From the NCBI GenBank assembly GCA_032718475.1, contig JAUCBJ010006570.1, forward strand, positions 43,916 to 107,915: a stretch of 64,000 nucleotides of DNA, written 5' to 3'. The stretch's first letter is position 1. Every line of letters begins with the position of its first letter. The DNA comes from Nemertoderma westbladi (lineage: Eukaryota; Animalia; Xenacoelomorpha). Positions 22,235-34,900 of the stretch are shown piece after piece. Both the position numbers and the translations under genes were made by a program. Below the pieces are notes generated by a model that was not told where the DNA came from, searched no databases, and saw nothing but the letters and a program-made list of their open reading frames with translations.

Positions 22235-23858
22235 TTATATATGGAGTGGGTGTGTGACTATATTATTTATATTTTTTTTTATTATTATTTTATATTTAGG
22301 TATGGATTATTATGTACTTTATTATAATCGTTTTATTTAATTTTATTTAGTGGAATGTTATTTAGATTATTTAGTAGATTAGTGCAATATATTAGTGTTT
22401 ATTACGTACATAATTACTTATAATATATATTTAGTGCGACGGCGAGAAATAATTCTTTTCTCTTTCCTTACTGTCCGTATTATATTATAAATGCGAGACT
22501 ATAGTAAGATGACATGTCCGTACTTATTAAAGTACAATAAAGCTCCTACTATATTTAAGTATTATTGGTAGGCAGAGTATTAGGAATGCAAAGTTCAGAT
22601 CCTCGTGTCTCGGCTAAACCAAGCTCTGGGTAGACCTTGGAAACGACTTGCCTCTTCACACTGACATTGCTTCGTGCGATATTGCTCTTCTACCTTATAA
22701 CAAATAATACATATAGTAGCGTGATGTCCCTCTAACAGTAGCGTCAATCGCAAATAAATCTGTTAAACTTTTGACCATCTGTAATTCTAGTCGATTAAGA
22801 TATCGTGGCACCCACCGATATACTTGAAAGACAAATTCTAGAATCAGTGGTTAACGTCCCCAGACAAGTTCTGGAATAAATCGGTGCCCATCCAAAATAT
22901 TAATTTAATATTTATTAAAATCTGTAAAATTCCGATCCTTTAAAATTTCTAGTCAATTAAGATATCGCAGCACTTACCGATACTCTTAAAAAGACAAATT
23001 TCATAGAATTCAGGATCCTATGTCCCCAGACCTGCTCTGGAATCAAATTGTGTCAATTTTAACATCAAATAATAAAATTCACGGGAATAAATTTAAATTC
23101 ATATTCGAATGAATTTCATAAATTGTCATTTTGTGCAATTTACAACATTCCCAAAATTCCAGTAATTAATAGATCATGGGAGCGGAGATTCATATTGAGT
23201 GTACTAGAGTGTGAGAATCTCCAACATATAGTCAATAGCCGATAAAATTTATAAAATCATGCATAAAGAGGATATTGACAATTAAAGAATTACTATTAAA
23301 TAACATCCCAGATCTGTATGCATGAGAATTATCCTAATTCTACCGCTAGTTTTCCATAATGTCACCATGGCAACACCCACGCTAGAATTAGAAACAAGTT
23401 AAAGGACCAATAAAAGCTTGCCCCATTGCGTAGCATAAGAGTATACATAGCGCACTATTAGTATCCAAGGATACATAGTAATAACGTGACATTCTGGAAG
23501 ACACTGACTAACGGACAAATGGCATGCATGTGTGTAGTAAGTAATGATTGTATGGAATTTGTGCGTTTATAGGTGAATGTTACTACTAAAGTGTGTTTAC
23601 AGTAGCTAATCGCAATTGTAAAATAGCCCTAACTCTACCGAGATAACCTCAAGTGGATTCAAGCTTTTGGGACGGACAGTGGTGGGACTTGTGCCGGTTA
23701 TCGTTGTCGTGCTATTGCTACATGTTGGCGTAAACACTGCGACAGCGGTACATCGGCGCTGAGAAACCCACTGTCCGGGGGCAAAGCCTAGTAGGCAGCC
23801 ACGCCCGCTTGCCTAAAATATTAACTCATATTGATATTAATAAACTCAGATAACAGAT

Positions 23859-25164
23859 ATGACGGAATTGATAGAAGATGACCTTGGTATCAGGGAGCGA
23901 TATACTCTACCTTTACAAGCGTTTGTGGATAGCTTGATACGCGGTGAAGCCGATCCGACTATTACGGAGGACGATGGTCGTTTATTTATCGATTAACGAT
24001 ATCGAACCGCCGATGTCCCAAGAGCAACTTACGCGTGAATTGGACTATCGAAAATTAACCGCTCGCTATACGCATCGTAATGGTACGTATATGGACTTCT
24101 TAACTACCGGCCATCCTATCGATTTACATGATACGGACGATGTAGACACCGAAAGGGAAATGGTTCTATTTAAATATCATACCCAGCGGCGTCGTAACGA
24201 TAAACCGAGAATAGATCACGAAAATTCTATTCGTAACAGACTGGGAAGACGAACCAATATGTCTAGAATCTGAAGAGATTCAGCCTATCGCGCTCGGAAC
24301 AACGACAACGATTACATCCTAGAATGGTATCAAGGTCCACAGTGTCTCACTGCGTACGATTATCGCCATGCCAACTATGTTTCTCGGCAACGTTGTCGGT
24401 TATGCGCATCGAGAGACCATGTTACACCCATGGACACAAACGTCCGCTGTTCCTATTTCCACGAACAACCGGCGATGGAAATTTATTGCGCGTATTGCCG
24501 ATTTAATAATTTGCATATTTTTGCGGTTTGCCCTCAATTTATGACTCAATGTCACCACTGTCAACTAAAGGGACACGCCAGTTTCGATTGCCCTTTTTAA
24601 TCGCGATTTGGAAAGCGTAGATGAAATGATCACACTACGTTACATTAGAGCTTGGGAAGCGAACGCTGATTTACATCGTGATTCGCGCCATCGCTATTAT
24701 CTTGGACGCGCTTACGAAGGAATTTATGCGTTCCATCCTTATCTATTCGCTTCTGTCGAACAGAAATCACGCATATTGAGTTACAAGAAGTATATCGACG
24801 GCCTTACGAGTATCGAGCCCGCGAACGCGAGTTAGAAGGAACCATTAAACCAAGGAAGTTTCTAACGGCCTATGGTCCACCCACGGCCCTCGTTCAGACC
24901 ACTCGTAAAGGACCCGTAAGAGCGGCTGTCTTGAAACGAGCTCTCAGAGCCGTTAGACCCCTCTCCCCGGACGTTGATGTCCATCAACCCGGTACTTCGA
25001 CCGGCGGATATACCGATCGCAATCCCATACCTTCTGATGCAATCATATTGCACCCTTCACCCCGGAGTTATAGCCCTCCTAGTAAAGTGGCTCGCCCCAA
25101 AGAGAAAAGGACTCTTGCTAGCCTCAAAAAAACTGCGTAAACGCCGTCCGCGCAAGAAAGACTA
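23859..25164 (+). pseudogene. Extra (env-position) ORF2 of element B with a triple Zn-knuckle module; disrupted by stops and frameshifts
   Basis: ATG at 23859 (MTELIEDDLG...). N- and C-terminal parts are homologous to A 43574-45094. In-frame CRLC..H..C, CAYC..H..CP and CHHCQLKGHASFDC at 24394-24591. Confidence 0.7.
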
Positions 25165-25229
25165 ACTGTTTAGAGTATTTTTGTATTTTAGAAACTGTGA
25201 TTTTGTATATTTTATAGACTTAAATCCCA

Positions 25230-25243
25230 TTTTCTGGGAGCGG
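25230..25243 (+). promoter_or_regulatory. PPT-position sequence of B (TTTTCTGGGAGCGG), identical in A at 45160-45173
   Basis: Short G-rich tract abutting the 3' LTR TG in both elements. Confidence 0.6.
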
Positions 25244-26495
25244 TGTAAAAGCTTTTGTGGGATAACTGATACGTTTGCCTTTGCTGGCCAGTTCCCCCCC
25301 CGGCGCTGGAATACTCTAAAAAGGTTTTCTAGCTGTATATATATTCCCCTCACCCGCAAGGTACCTTTACAGGTGTTTTAACGGACATAAAAATCATTCT
25401 GCTATATACGTGTTTTAGCGGACATGGTAAGACAAAAACTTGTAATGCACAAACCACCTTTCACAGCTTAGCCGTGATGATTCATATTACGACATCTAGC
25501 AGCTGGTTGCTGACATGGGAACAGCCATTGGCAGCGTGGTTCTTTGTTTGGCTTGGGCCAATCAGGGCGGTTTTTCCTGTCGACGTGTAGCTTTCCTGGA
25601 AATCATGGAGAGTGTTACCTTCTGACGGGAGAGAGAGAGAGAGTTGTCACTTTTGTTATTGCTGTCTAAGCCAGAAACACCGGCATTTTTTGGATAGATA
25701 CTGCTGTACCGTGAACTGCAGAACTGCTTGAATTATCGAAAGTATAAACTGTTACCGCATCAAACTAATCTCACGAATCGAATATCACCTAACTCATTAA
25801 TCATATTGTTTGTACTGTTATTTTACCGTCAGTTATTAATTGTAAATATTTGTTGATGGAAATATTGCTATTTGGATAATACGGATAAATCACCCAATTC
25901 CCAATTTTCTTGATAACACTACAGGTTAGAGAGACCGGCTATATATAACAATTGCGATTTATATTAATGTGGTGTGTATTGAATCCAATGTTATTTAGCA
26001 GACCCTACGCGAGTCAATTACTGCTCTCTTTATGTGTGATCAAATGTACTGACTGTCGGCAGAATAGTGTGTATGATTGTGATTGGTAACAAAGTATTTC
26101 CTAAAGAATACGTTTTATACTTTAATCAGCAGCAGTATCGTTGCGTTTAGTATAAGTCTTAGTTCTGTTTAAATAGGTAAAGCGCCACGTCCTAAAGGAA
26201 CTGTTAATATTTCCCGAAAGCCAATAATATCTGTCAGAGATTAATTATTAACGATCTATCGAATAATACATTAGGTATACACTGCAACCTTACACTGTAA
26301 TAATACAATTCAAGCATCCGAATTCAGTCTCCCGGGTGTAGATCCATCGGGTGAATGATCGCGCATGGGCTGACTTCGGCTAATGTTTTGCGTATTAGCA
26401 TAAATTATTGTCGTATGCTAAAGTGGTTTTAATTAACGAAAAGACATATAAATTTTGGCAGGTTAAACTGCTAAAGGTCTTCGAAAGCGCGAACA
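25244..26495 (+). repeat. 3' LTR of element B
   Basis: Direct repeat of 14090-15341. Confidence 0.95.
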
Positions 26496-27361
26496 TATTC
26501 TGTTTCAGACTTTAGCCAAAACATTAGAACGGCTTTGATTACCGGAACGTATAACTGTTATCCTGCCTGTCAAATGCTATACATATCTTTCACCGCATTA
26601 TTTTACTGCTATTTACTGTCGGTTATTAATTGTATCTGTTGATGGAAAATTGTTATATTTGGATAATATCGAGAAATAATTATAAAACCCCATCTTCTTG
26701 ATATACTGAAGGTAAGAGACCGGTTACATATAGCAATTGCGACTTATATGATATTGGTTTTGGAGTGAATCTATTGCTATTTCATAGGCACTACATGTAA
26801 AGCCAGAGTTGTGGCTGGCTTTCGATTATATTGTTAGAAATTGAAAGATCGTTATATGTGGAATACAAAATGTCAGTTTATTGTTACGTTACATTTAATG
26901 TGTTACATTTTAATGCTTTCGAAATTCCCTGGCAGTTATTATTGAAAGTACATAAATATGGATGATAAATGAATACTAATATAATACAAAGGGTAAGCGC
27001 AGGGCAATACACTGATCATAACGGAATACTGATTGGTATTAATAAAGTCACAGGAAATCTGAGTATCAATCAGCTGATTAAATATGGTGATAACGAGAGG
27101 TTTCCCTACAGTAAATCTATTACATTACCAATTTACAACAAACCAATCAGTGACTCGGCTCCCAGCTGAGAACTCCTAATTGTAATATTTGGATTTCAGT
27201 GGAGGCAATATCGCCAGCTGATATGTGTTACAACATCGCCGGCCCTAACTCTCTATGGAGAGTTACTTTCAGTTTAAATAAGTAATTACAGTAGAAAAAG
27301 TAACCGATCTCTAAATCTCTAAGATTCTCCAGTTACCCTGAGTTGGGCTACTGGAAATAGT

Positions 27362-28436
27362 TTACTTGACTACAACATCGGACACTTCTCGCGACTCCTC
27401 CAATAGACACATTTTTACCGCGGGCCTAGTGTACTCTTTACCCTTAATACACACACGCACAGAACGGACAACCCCATCACGGCCCGGAAAGGTCTCCACG
27501 ACACGACCTAGAGGCCAACAACCTCGAGGTGTACGATCAAGAATAACAAGAACAATGTCACCCTTCTGAAGATTGCGAGAGGAGCGAAGCCACTTTCGGT
27601 TCTCGATGAGGGAAGGAACATATTCTCTCATCCACCTGGACCAGAACTGACCAACAATAGCTTGAGTAGCACGCCAGCGACTCTTACAAGAAATATCAGA
27701 GTCATCAACTAGAACTGGAGGTAAGTTGGGATTCGCACGTCCTAATAGAATATGATTGGGAGTCAATGGTTCTGGCTCATTAGGGTCAACACTAACATGA
27801 GTCAATGGGCGACTGTTCAAGAGATTTTCAACTTCAACAATTACTGTCTCAAGCAACTCAGAGCTAACACATTGACCACGGAGTACTGCCTTCAACGCCT
27901 TCTTGGCAGACTGAACCAGTCGTTCCCAGACTCCCCCAAAATGAGGTGCACTTGGAGGGGAAAACTCCCAACGAATACCCTTCAAAGCTAACTCACTAGC
28001 AATCTTGGACTGATTAAGCTCGACAATACATTCTTTGAGTTCCGCATCACCAGCAACCAAATTTCCACCATTGTCGCTATAGACTACAGCTGGAGCACCA
28101 CGTCTGCTAGTCAGACGCCTAAAAGCCAATAGAAACGAGTCTGTGTCTAAAGAATGTGCAACCTCTAAATGAACTGCTCGAGTGACAAGGCATGTAGCTA
28201 TAAACCCATACCGTTTTTCAGTCTTACGAAAACGTCGAACATAGAGGGGACCAAAATAGTCAAGGCCAATATTCAAAAAAGGAAAAGTAGCTGGGGATAA
28301 ACGGGAACGTGGTAGAGCAGCCATAATGGGTGGACTAGGCTTAGCTGTACGACGCTTACAGTAAAAACAACGATTTAAGAACTTACGGACTAGTAAACGA
28401 CCACGGGGAGACCAGTAACTTTGCCTAAACTCACTA
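27362..28436 (-). pseudogene. pol: Bel/Pao integrase (C-terminal part of pol) of element C
   Basis: CFYC, GLDYFGP, RAVHLE, YSDNGGN, PHFGGVWERLV, LNSRPL, FWSRWMREY, WPLGRV...GRDGVVR and RPAVKMCLLE. Confidence 0.95.
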
Positions 28437-29494
28437 CTACTAGGATCGGCATGCTGCATTGCAGCTGCATTTTTAAGAATGCTGTGCCGGCTTGTCAACA
28501 AAATTGCACCGCCACAACTCCCTATCACCCATGACATTTGCTAGATCATCCGCATCTTTAAGGCCAGTGTCCTTTAAGATGCGTCTCAAGAAAGTCATGG
28601 GCTGTCCACCATGCTTATTTACTCCATGAGGCTGCCAAAGTACAAGATTATGCACTGGCTGGTCCTCACGGCGAAAACAATGTCCTGCAAAGCGGAGGCG
28701 ATTTTGTTCTAGTGTCAAGCTTGGGGGAACCAATGAGACACCTCCAATGTTATATAGTGTCTGGTTGGAGATGTGTGCATTGTACTTGACACAATGTACC
28801 CGGCGTAGCATTCTTGTGAATGTGCCATCCAGAGATTTGGTGTCCTCAGCAGTTAGAGCCCAGCATGGACTCCCGTAGAGGAGTACTGGAACTACTGCTG
28901 CTCTAAATAATCGGACCTTAAGTTTCCGATTAATTCTAGGTGACTTCCAAATCCTGGAAAGCCTATTCAAGGCTGCCCATGCCTTTCCCTTACGTATTCG
29001 AAGGTCCTCACCTGACTTCCGGATCCATGATCCCAGGTAACAGAAGTCGTCCACATGCTCAAGCATACCATCCTTTGAGCTTATGCTCATCCGATCAGAG
29101 ACTTGCTGAGGACTTTCAAAGTTAACTGTCAGAATTTTGGTCTTTCTGGAGTTAATAAAAAGACCAACACTAGAAGCAGCATGTTCTAATGAGCTGAGGA
29201 GCCGCTGGGCTCCCTCTAATGATTCTGAGAGTACTCCTAAGTCATCAGCAAAGTCTAGATCAGTTAGGTACTTGGAAGGATTTCCTCGACTTCTGGAGCC
29301 AGTAGGTGGAGTTATCATCACCCCATCATCATTATGATGATCTAAGGACATGCGTAGAACATAGTCAACCACAATAATGAACAAGAATGGTGCAAGTGTG
29401 TCTCCTTGGAGGACGCCCCATAACACTTCAAATGGTTCTGTGTCACCGTCAACAGTAGAGACAAATGTTGTCGAACCATCGTATACTGATCTGA
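28437..29494 (-). mobile_element. 5'-truncated RTE-clade LINE inserted in the integrase of C
   Basis: TSD TTGCCTAAACTCACTA (28421-28436, 29495-29510) and (TAG)n 3' tail. RT motifs GVLQGDTLAPFLF, DLDFADD, FCYLGS, VLLYGSPCW and RLRFAGHCFR in the open frame 28473-29426. Removing the insert restores YTLSEFRQ|SYWSPRGR. Confidence 0.95.
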
Positions 29495-31917
29495 TTGCCT
29501 AAACTCACTAAGGGTATAATCTTCACCCTCATGGCAAACTGACTCATGTAGATCACGTAAGATAAGTTGAGTAAAATATGAATCGTGTGGCAATATAATT
29601 GGATGTCGAGACACATATTCCAAGTCTGATGATCCAATACGACCACCAACACGAATTACACCAAACTCATCCAAAAATGGTGTGAGGGAAAGCAAGGAGC
29701 TATCCTTTTCTACTTGCTTTTCTATCGTGAGATCTGCCAACTCATTAGGGTACTCAAACCTCTGAACAGACTGAACTAGACATGTAAAGCTATCGGCTAA
29801 TTCAGTGACAGATAAGGGACCAAACCTACGACAATGCTTATTTCTACAATTAAATATAAATCGACGAACCCATGCATAGGTTGGCTGTAAAGAAGGAAAA
29901 TACTTTGATTTCTTTATATTCGAAAATCGAAGCATATAATTAGTAAGCCAGTCAGAATCCATGGAGACAACCATGATGGATTTAACTTCGACATCACATG
30001 GATCAGGTGTGAAATCATTAGTAGGAAAGGTGGGCCACTCAGTTTCAGGATATTTTAAAAATAGTGGACCACAAAACCAGGGATGTTCCTGAGTTAGACT
30101 AAGAGCTGCTAACCCACGACTGCAATGATCAGCTGGATTGTGAGCAGTTGGAACATAGTGCCATTGGGACCGCTGTGTCATATCCAATATCTCACCAACA
30201 CGATGAGCAACGAAGGGTAGAAATCGACAATTCTCAGAGAATAACCAACGGAGACAGGTAGTAGAATCTGTCCAATAACATATCGATCAATTTCTATCTT
30301 AAGCTCGGTAAGAATGAGATGAGACAAACGAACACCCATAATAGCACCCTGGAGTTCTAACCTGGGAACAGACAATTGTTTGACTGGGGCCACACGCGCC
30401 TTAGACATTACAAAGGATACATATAGTGATTCAGACTCATACTCCGACCGGAGATAAGCAACCGCACCAAATCCAGATTCTGATGCATCACTAAATATAT
30501 GAAGGTGGGTTGTTGAACATGCAACACCCTTCATAAACAGACAACGGGGTACACGAATTTGATCAATATTATTTGATAGATCATTCACATATGCTTTGCA
30601 ACGTTCGATAATTCCTTCAGATAATGGAACATCCCATTTATCGGTTTCTCTCCAAGCATCCTGTACCAATACCTTAGCAGGAAGCACCAATGGTGTTATT
30701 AACCCTAAAGGATCAAACAATGAACAAACTTGACGTAATATACTACGCTTTGTAAGAGGTAAAGAATCAATAGTAATCTTACTAGAGAAGATGAAAGAAT
30801 CGCATGAACGATCCCATGAGACTCCTAGAGCACGCTCAATAGGTAGCTCATCAAGATCCAGATCAAGGGATGGATCTGCAAGATCTTGTCGTGGAATTGT
30901 ATCAAGTACTTCACGAGATGAAGAGGACCATTGACCAAGATGGAATCCTCCACGAGATAAGAGTTTAGTCATGTTTCTAACTAACTGAATAGCTTCAGAA
31001 ACTTCATCTGCAGAGTCCAAATAATTATCAGCATAGAAACTATATGGCACTCTTTCCGATTCTACAGGGAATTCAGTAGAATTGTCTTCAGATGTCCGAA
31101 GCAGGGCATAAAAGCAAATACAGGATGAATCAATACCACCAAATATTTGACGAACCATCTTATATACTGTCGGTGGATCTGAACGATTGCCTCTCCACAA
31201 GAAACGAAGACAGTCCTGATCCTTACTGGGAACCGAAACCTGGTGATACATAGCTGTGATATCACCTGAAATAGCTATTGATTTCTTACGAAATCTCAAC
31301 AAAACTCCTATCAGGCTTGAGAGAAAAACTGGGCCACGCAGCAAACAATCATTTAACGAGACACCATTAAAACGTGCAGATGCATCGAAGACAGGTCGTA
31401 CCTTACCTGGCTTATTAGGGTTAAGTACAGGATGGTGTGGAAGGTACCAAGTACGTCCTGGGGGACCTCGTAACTCATCAGTCGGAACCCTTACCGCGAA
31501 ACCCTTCTCAATATATCCTGACAAGATATCATTGTAACGTGTCTGCAATACTTCATCTTTAGAAAGTCGCCTTTCAGTAGACTGAAGTCGTCGAATGGCA
31601 GCTGGGTAATTATCAGGTAGCTTTACAGAATTGGAACGCCATAGAAAACCTACTTCATATCTATTGCCAATATTTACCAAATTGCCTTTCAACATATCTA
31701 GCGCTAATTCGTCCTTAGCTGATATGGGATATTTAATGTTTGGTTGAACACCGAACGATTCTGTCTGCCAAAAAGACTTCACCAAATTATGTAAATCGTC
31801 ACTCAAATGTTTAACTGTACTAAGTCTGTTGGATGCGCTGTTCATCCGGGTGAGTAAGATATCCCTACGTTCATGTCCGATAGCGGATACAAGGGCACTG
31901 TGGAAGTACAGGACCAA
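29495..31917 (-). pseudogene. pol: Bel/Pao pol of element C: RT, RNase H (peptidase A17-like) and linker, frameshifted near 30180-30280
   Basis: YLPHHPV, KVRPVFDAS, DITAMYHQV, FYADNYLDS, LFDPLGL, LHIFSDASE, VPRLELQGA, WHYVPTAHNPADHCSRG and IRVGGRI. Confidence 0.95.
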
Positions 31918-34900
31918 CCTAAATTAGTGAGGACAGCAGAAGGAGATCCTGGGGGGCCCGACCTATAGTCCAATTGACGAATGATGTGAAAAACATCAGC
32001 TCCTAACAAGATTCCTACCTTGGAAGAATCTACACAAGGAAGATCAAGGTCACGAAGATGGGACCAATGACCTTTAAGCTTTGGCCAATCAAAGCACTGT
32101 CGAGAAATGTTGATCTTTGGTAGAACCCACATTTCTGGAATACAAAATGTATTATCACTGTTGCTTGGCAACACCTGAACTGAACTCAATAACGAATTAA
32201 TCGTTTTACCTTTATCATTAATTGTACCGAGACAAAGAGAGATTGGTTTACCCTTTAAACCAAGCTCATTAGCTAACTTCTGATCTACAGCCGAAATCTG
32301 GCTGCCATTATCCAATAGACCAAATGTTTCTACCATTTTATTACCGTACTGTACACGTAAAGGTACTATTTGTAAAGGTACGGTACATGCTGCACTATTA
32401 GAACAAATAGTACCAACATGTTTAGCATTGTTACTATTATTAAATTTACTTTGATATGAATTGTACCTGTATATTCGAGGTGCACCATGTAATAGTGTAT
32501 CATGTCGTTTATTACAGTCTGTAACATTACAGGGATTCTTAACGGCACAATCAGCAGCCCGGTGACCAACTCCAAGGCACACAAAACATGCTGCTTTTTT
32601 GCGTATTACTTCTGAACGTTCAGTGACATCCATGCTCTTGAACCTTATACAGCTACCTACTGTATGGGACAGATCGCAGCAAATACACTTACCGTCGTCA
32701 GTACTAGATGACGAGACAGACCCTCCCCCCGTTGCAAGAACTGTGGGGGTAAATACAGTAGGTGTCGTACTTCTACCTGAACTAATTTTAGATTTCGGTG
32801 TAACATTGTCCCGCTGATTACTAGCCTGTCTAGTTGAATTCCTAACTGTAGCACTGGTCCTAAAACTAGGCTGAATAGCTCTATTACAAGTCACTTTATA
32901 TGCTATCCAATTATCGAAATCCTTTAACGAAGGAAGTTGAGGATATAAACCAACAACTCTCTTACTCCACTCATGTCGAAATGCCTCAGGCAATTTTTCT
33001 ACTAGGGAATTCAAATTATTAGATGAGTAAAGATCGCTATGATATCCACACTTTTCTAATGCGGATACAGATCCATGTAATTTCAAAGAAAATGTCCGTA
33101 AAGAAGAAAAATTACCCAAAATAACTGGAGGAACAGAAAATAACTGATCCATATATGTTGAGGCCACATGATGCCTATTACCGTACATCCTGCGGAGATC
33201 TTGTAAAGTTTCCCAGTACAATGCAGGATCATCAATTGTGGCAGCTAAACTGTCGCGAATTTCTTCTGTCAATAATTTCCTTAAAATTGATAATCTAGCC
33301 GGATCGTTAGGAATCCTATCATGAACTAACGCACGAAAAGAAGCTATGAAACCTGGCCATTTTGAAGCAGTGCCATCAAATTGGACAATAGGTACATTGA
33401 ATAACGCATGTAGATCTAATGAAGCCGAATTACTATTAAATAAAGCGCTATCCGTGTAAACTGGGAATTCTACCCATTCATCATGTAAGCCATTATCAGA
33501 ATGACTTTGACCTGGTCGAAAAAAATTACTTTCACTTTCACTATAAGGAGATTGATTACCCTTAATGTATGAACCGTGTGCCGGCCCGTTCAGATTCCCA
33601 ACTGGGCCTGTATGGGGTGGCCTCACATACGCGTCATCACATATTGGATTACCCACTCGCACACCACCATACCCACTTTGAAAATGGTGTCTCATACCTG
33701 GGGAGGGGGCAAACTGAGGGGTACGTGGGTTGTAATGAAAAGATGCCACAGGGCGAGGCCTAAATTCTGTGCAACTTACATTATATGGATAATTATTTCG
33801 GTTTTCAAAATTTTGAGAAGCCTGAGAGATCGGCATACTTAGGTTACTGTCATTATTAAACCCAATACTAGAAATACCTGTGCTGATTGGTCTGGGTGCC
33901 GAATTACTGTTGGTAATATTTAGCACTGAATTTACCGGTAAAAATACACTTGAAAAATCATTAACATTGCTACTATGAGAAATGCCAAGGGAACTCGAAA
34001 AATTAGCATTAATATCATATACTGGATATACTGGTACCGGTACCGGTACTGATACCTGTACTGGTACTGAAACTAATTTATCAGTAGTACTGTAGTAGGC
34101 CTATTAACAATTGTAGACGCACCGGTAATGACAGATTTAATGGAATTATAATTCGAGTTAATATTGCAAACTTTAGAACTTTCGGCTACTGTTGCAGCTG
34201 TAGAGGAAGTCGAAAGAATACCGATCCCGAGGGAGACAGGAGAAGGAATGGTCGGGGCGATGATTGGATCCGACGGGTGGCCATAGCCAGCCCGTTCGAT
34301 TTCGGCTTCAGGCTCACCTCGGAAATCGCATAGACGTACGTTGAGCTCGTCTACCCCAGCCTCAATATCATCCTCAATGACAGAGAGCTGAAGCAACTCA
34401 ACGCCGTTTTGGAGACGTCTGAATTCTTTAGTATCGGTGAGACGTTGTTCTTCTGCGCGGATGTCACTATCGCGCTGAAACTGCTGGAGTTTCAGTTGAG
34501 ATTCGCGCAGTTGGCATTTAATGGCGGCTTGAGGCCCGGAAGACGCTACGGATTGGCTAGCGCGCTCCGAACATTTACTGGACCCTTTCGATGAAGAATC
34601 ACCCTTGCGAGAATCGAGATAACCTTGAACGCATTCGTTACATTGACGGTAACTATCACGCACTTCCTGTAGCCACTTCGCAGCGGTAGCCCTGGATGCG
34701 GGGTCTCCGTCGAGGTATTGTAGAACATGAGTGTGCGCCCGAATACACTCATCGAACACCTCCGTGAGATCAGCGCGGTAATGTCTAGCGGAAGTACGAC
34801 TACCACTGGACTCGACAATAGCATTGAGTTTATTCACTATTATAGTGAATCTTCTCTTCGTTTGAGTTCGAGTTTTCTTCGCATTCTTTAAGTAAATCGG

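Larger units (their letters stand above)
14090..26495 (+). mobile_element. LTR element B (sister family of A) inserted in the 5' LTR of A
   Basis: TSD TATTC (14085-14089, 26496-26500). The LTRs at 14090-15341 and 25244-26495 are both 1252 bp, with no differences seen. Confidence 0.95.

Noticed and set aside
22585-22660. Hammerhead or HDV-like ribozyme in the conserved post-gag spacer
   Set aside because: No CUGANGA...GAAA core or nested double pseudoknot could be built by eye.
23859-25164. ORF2 as a retroviral-type env
   Set aside because: No signal peptide, furin-site/fusion-peptide layout or C-terminal membrane anchor; it ends in a basic tail and contains Zn knuckles.
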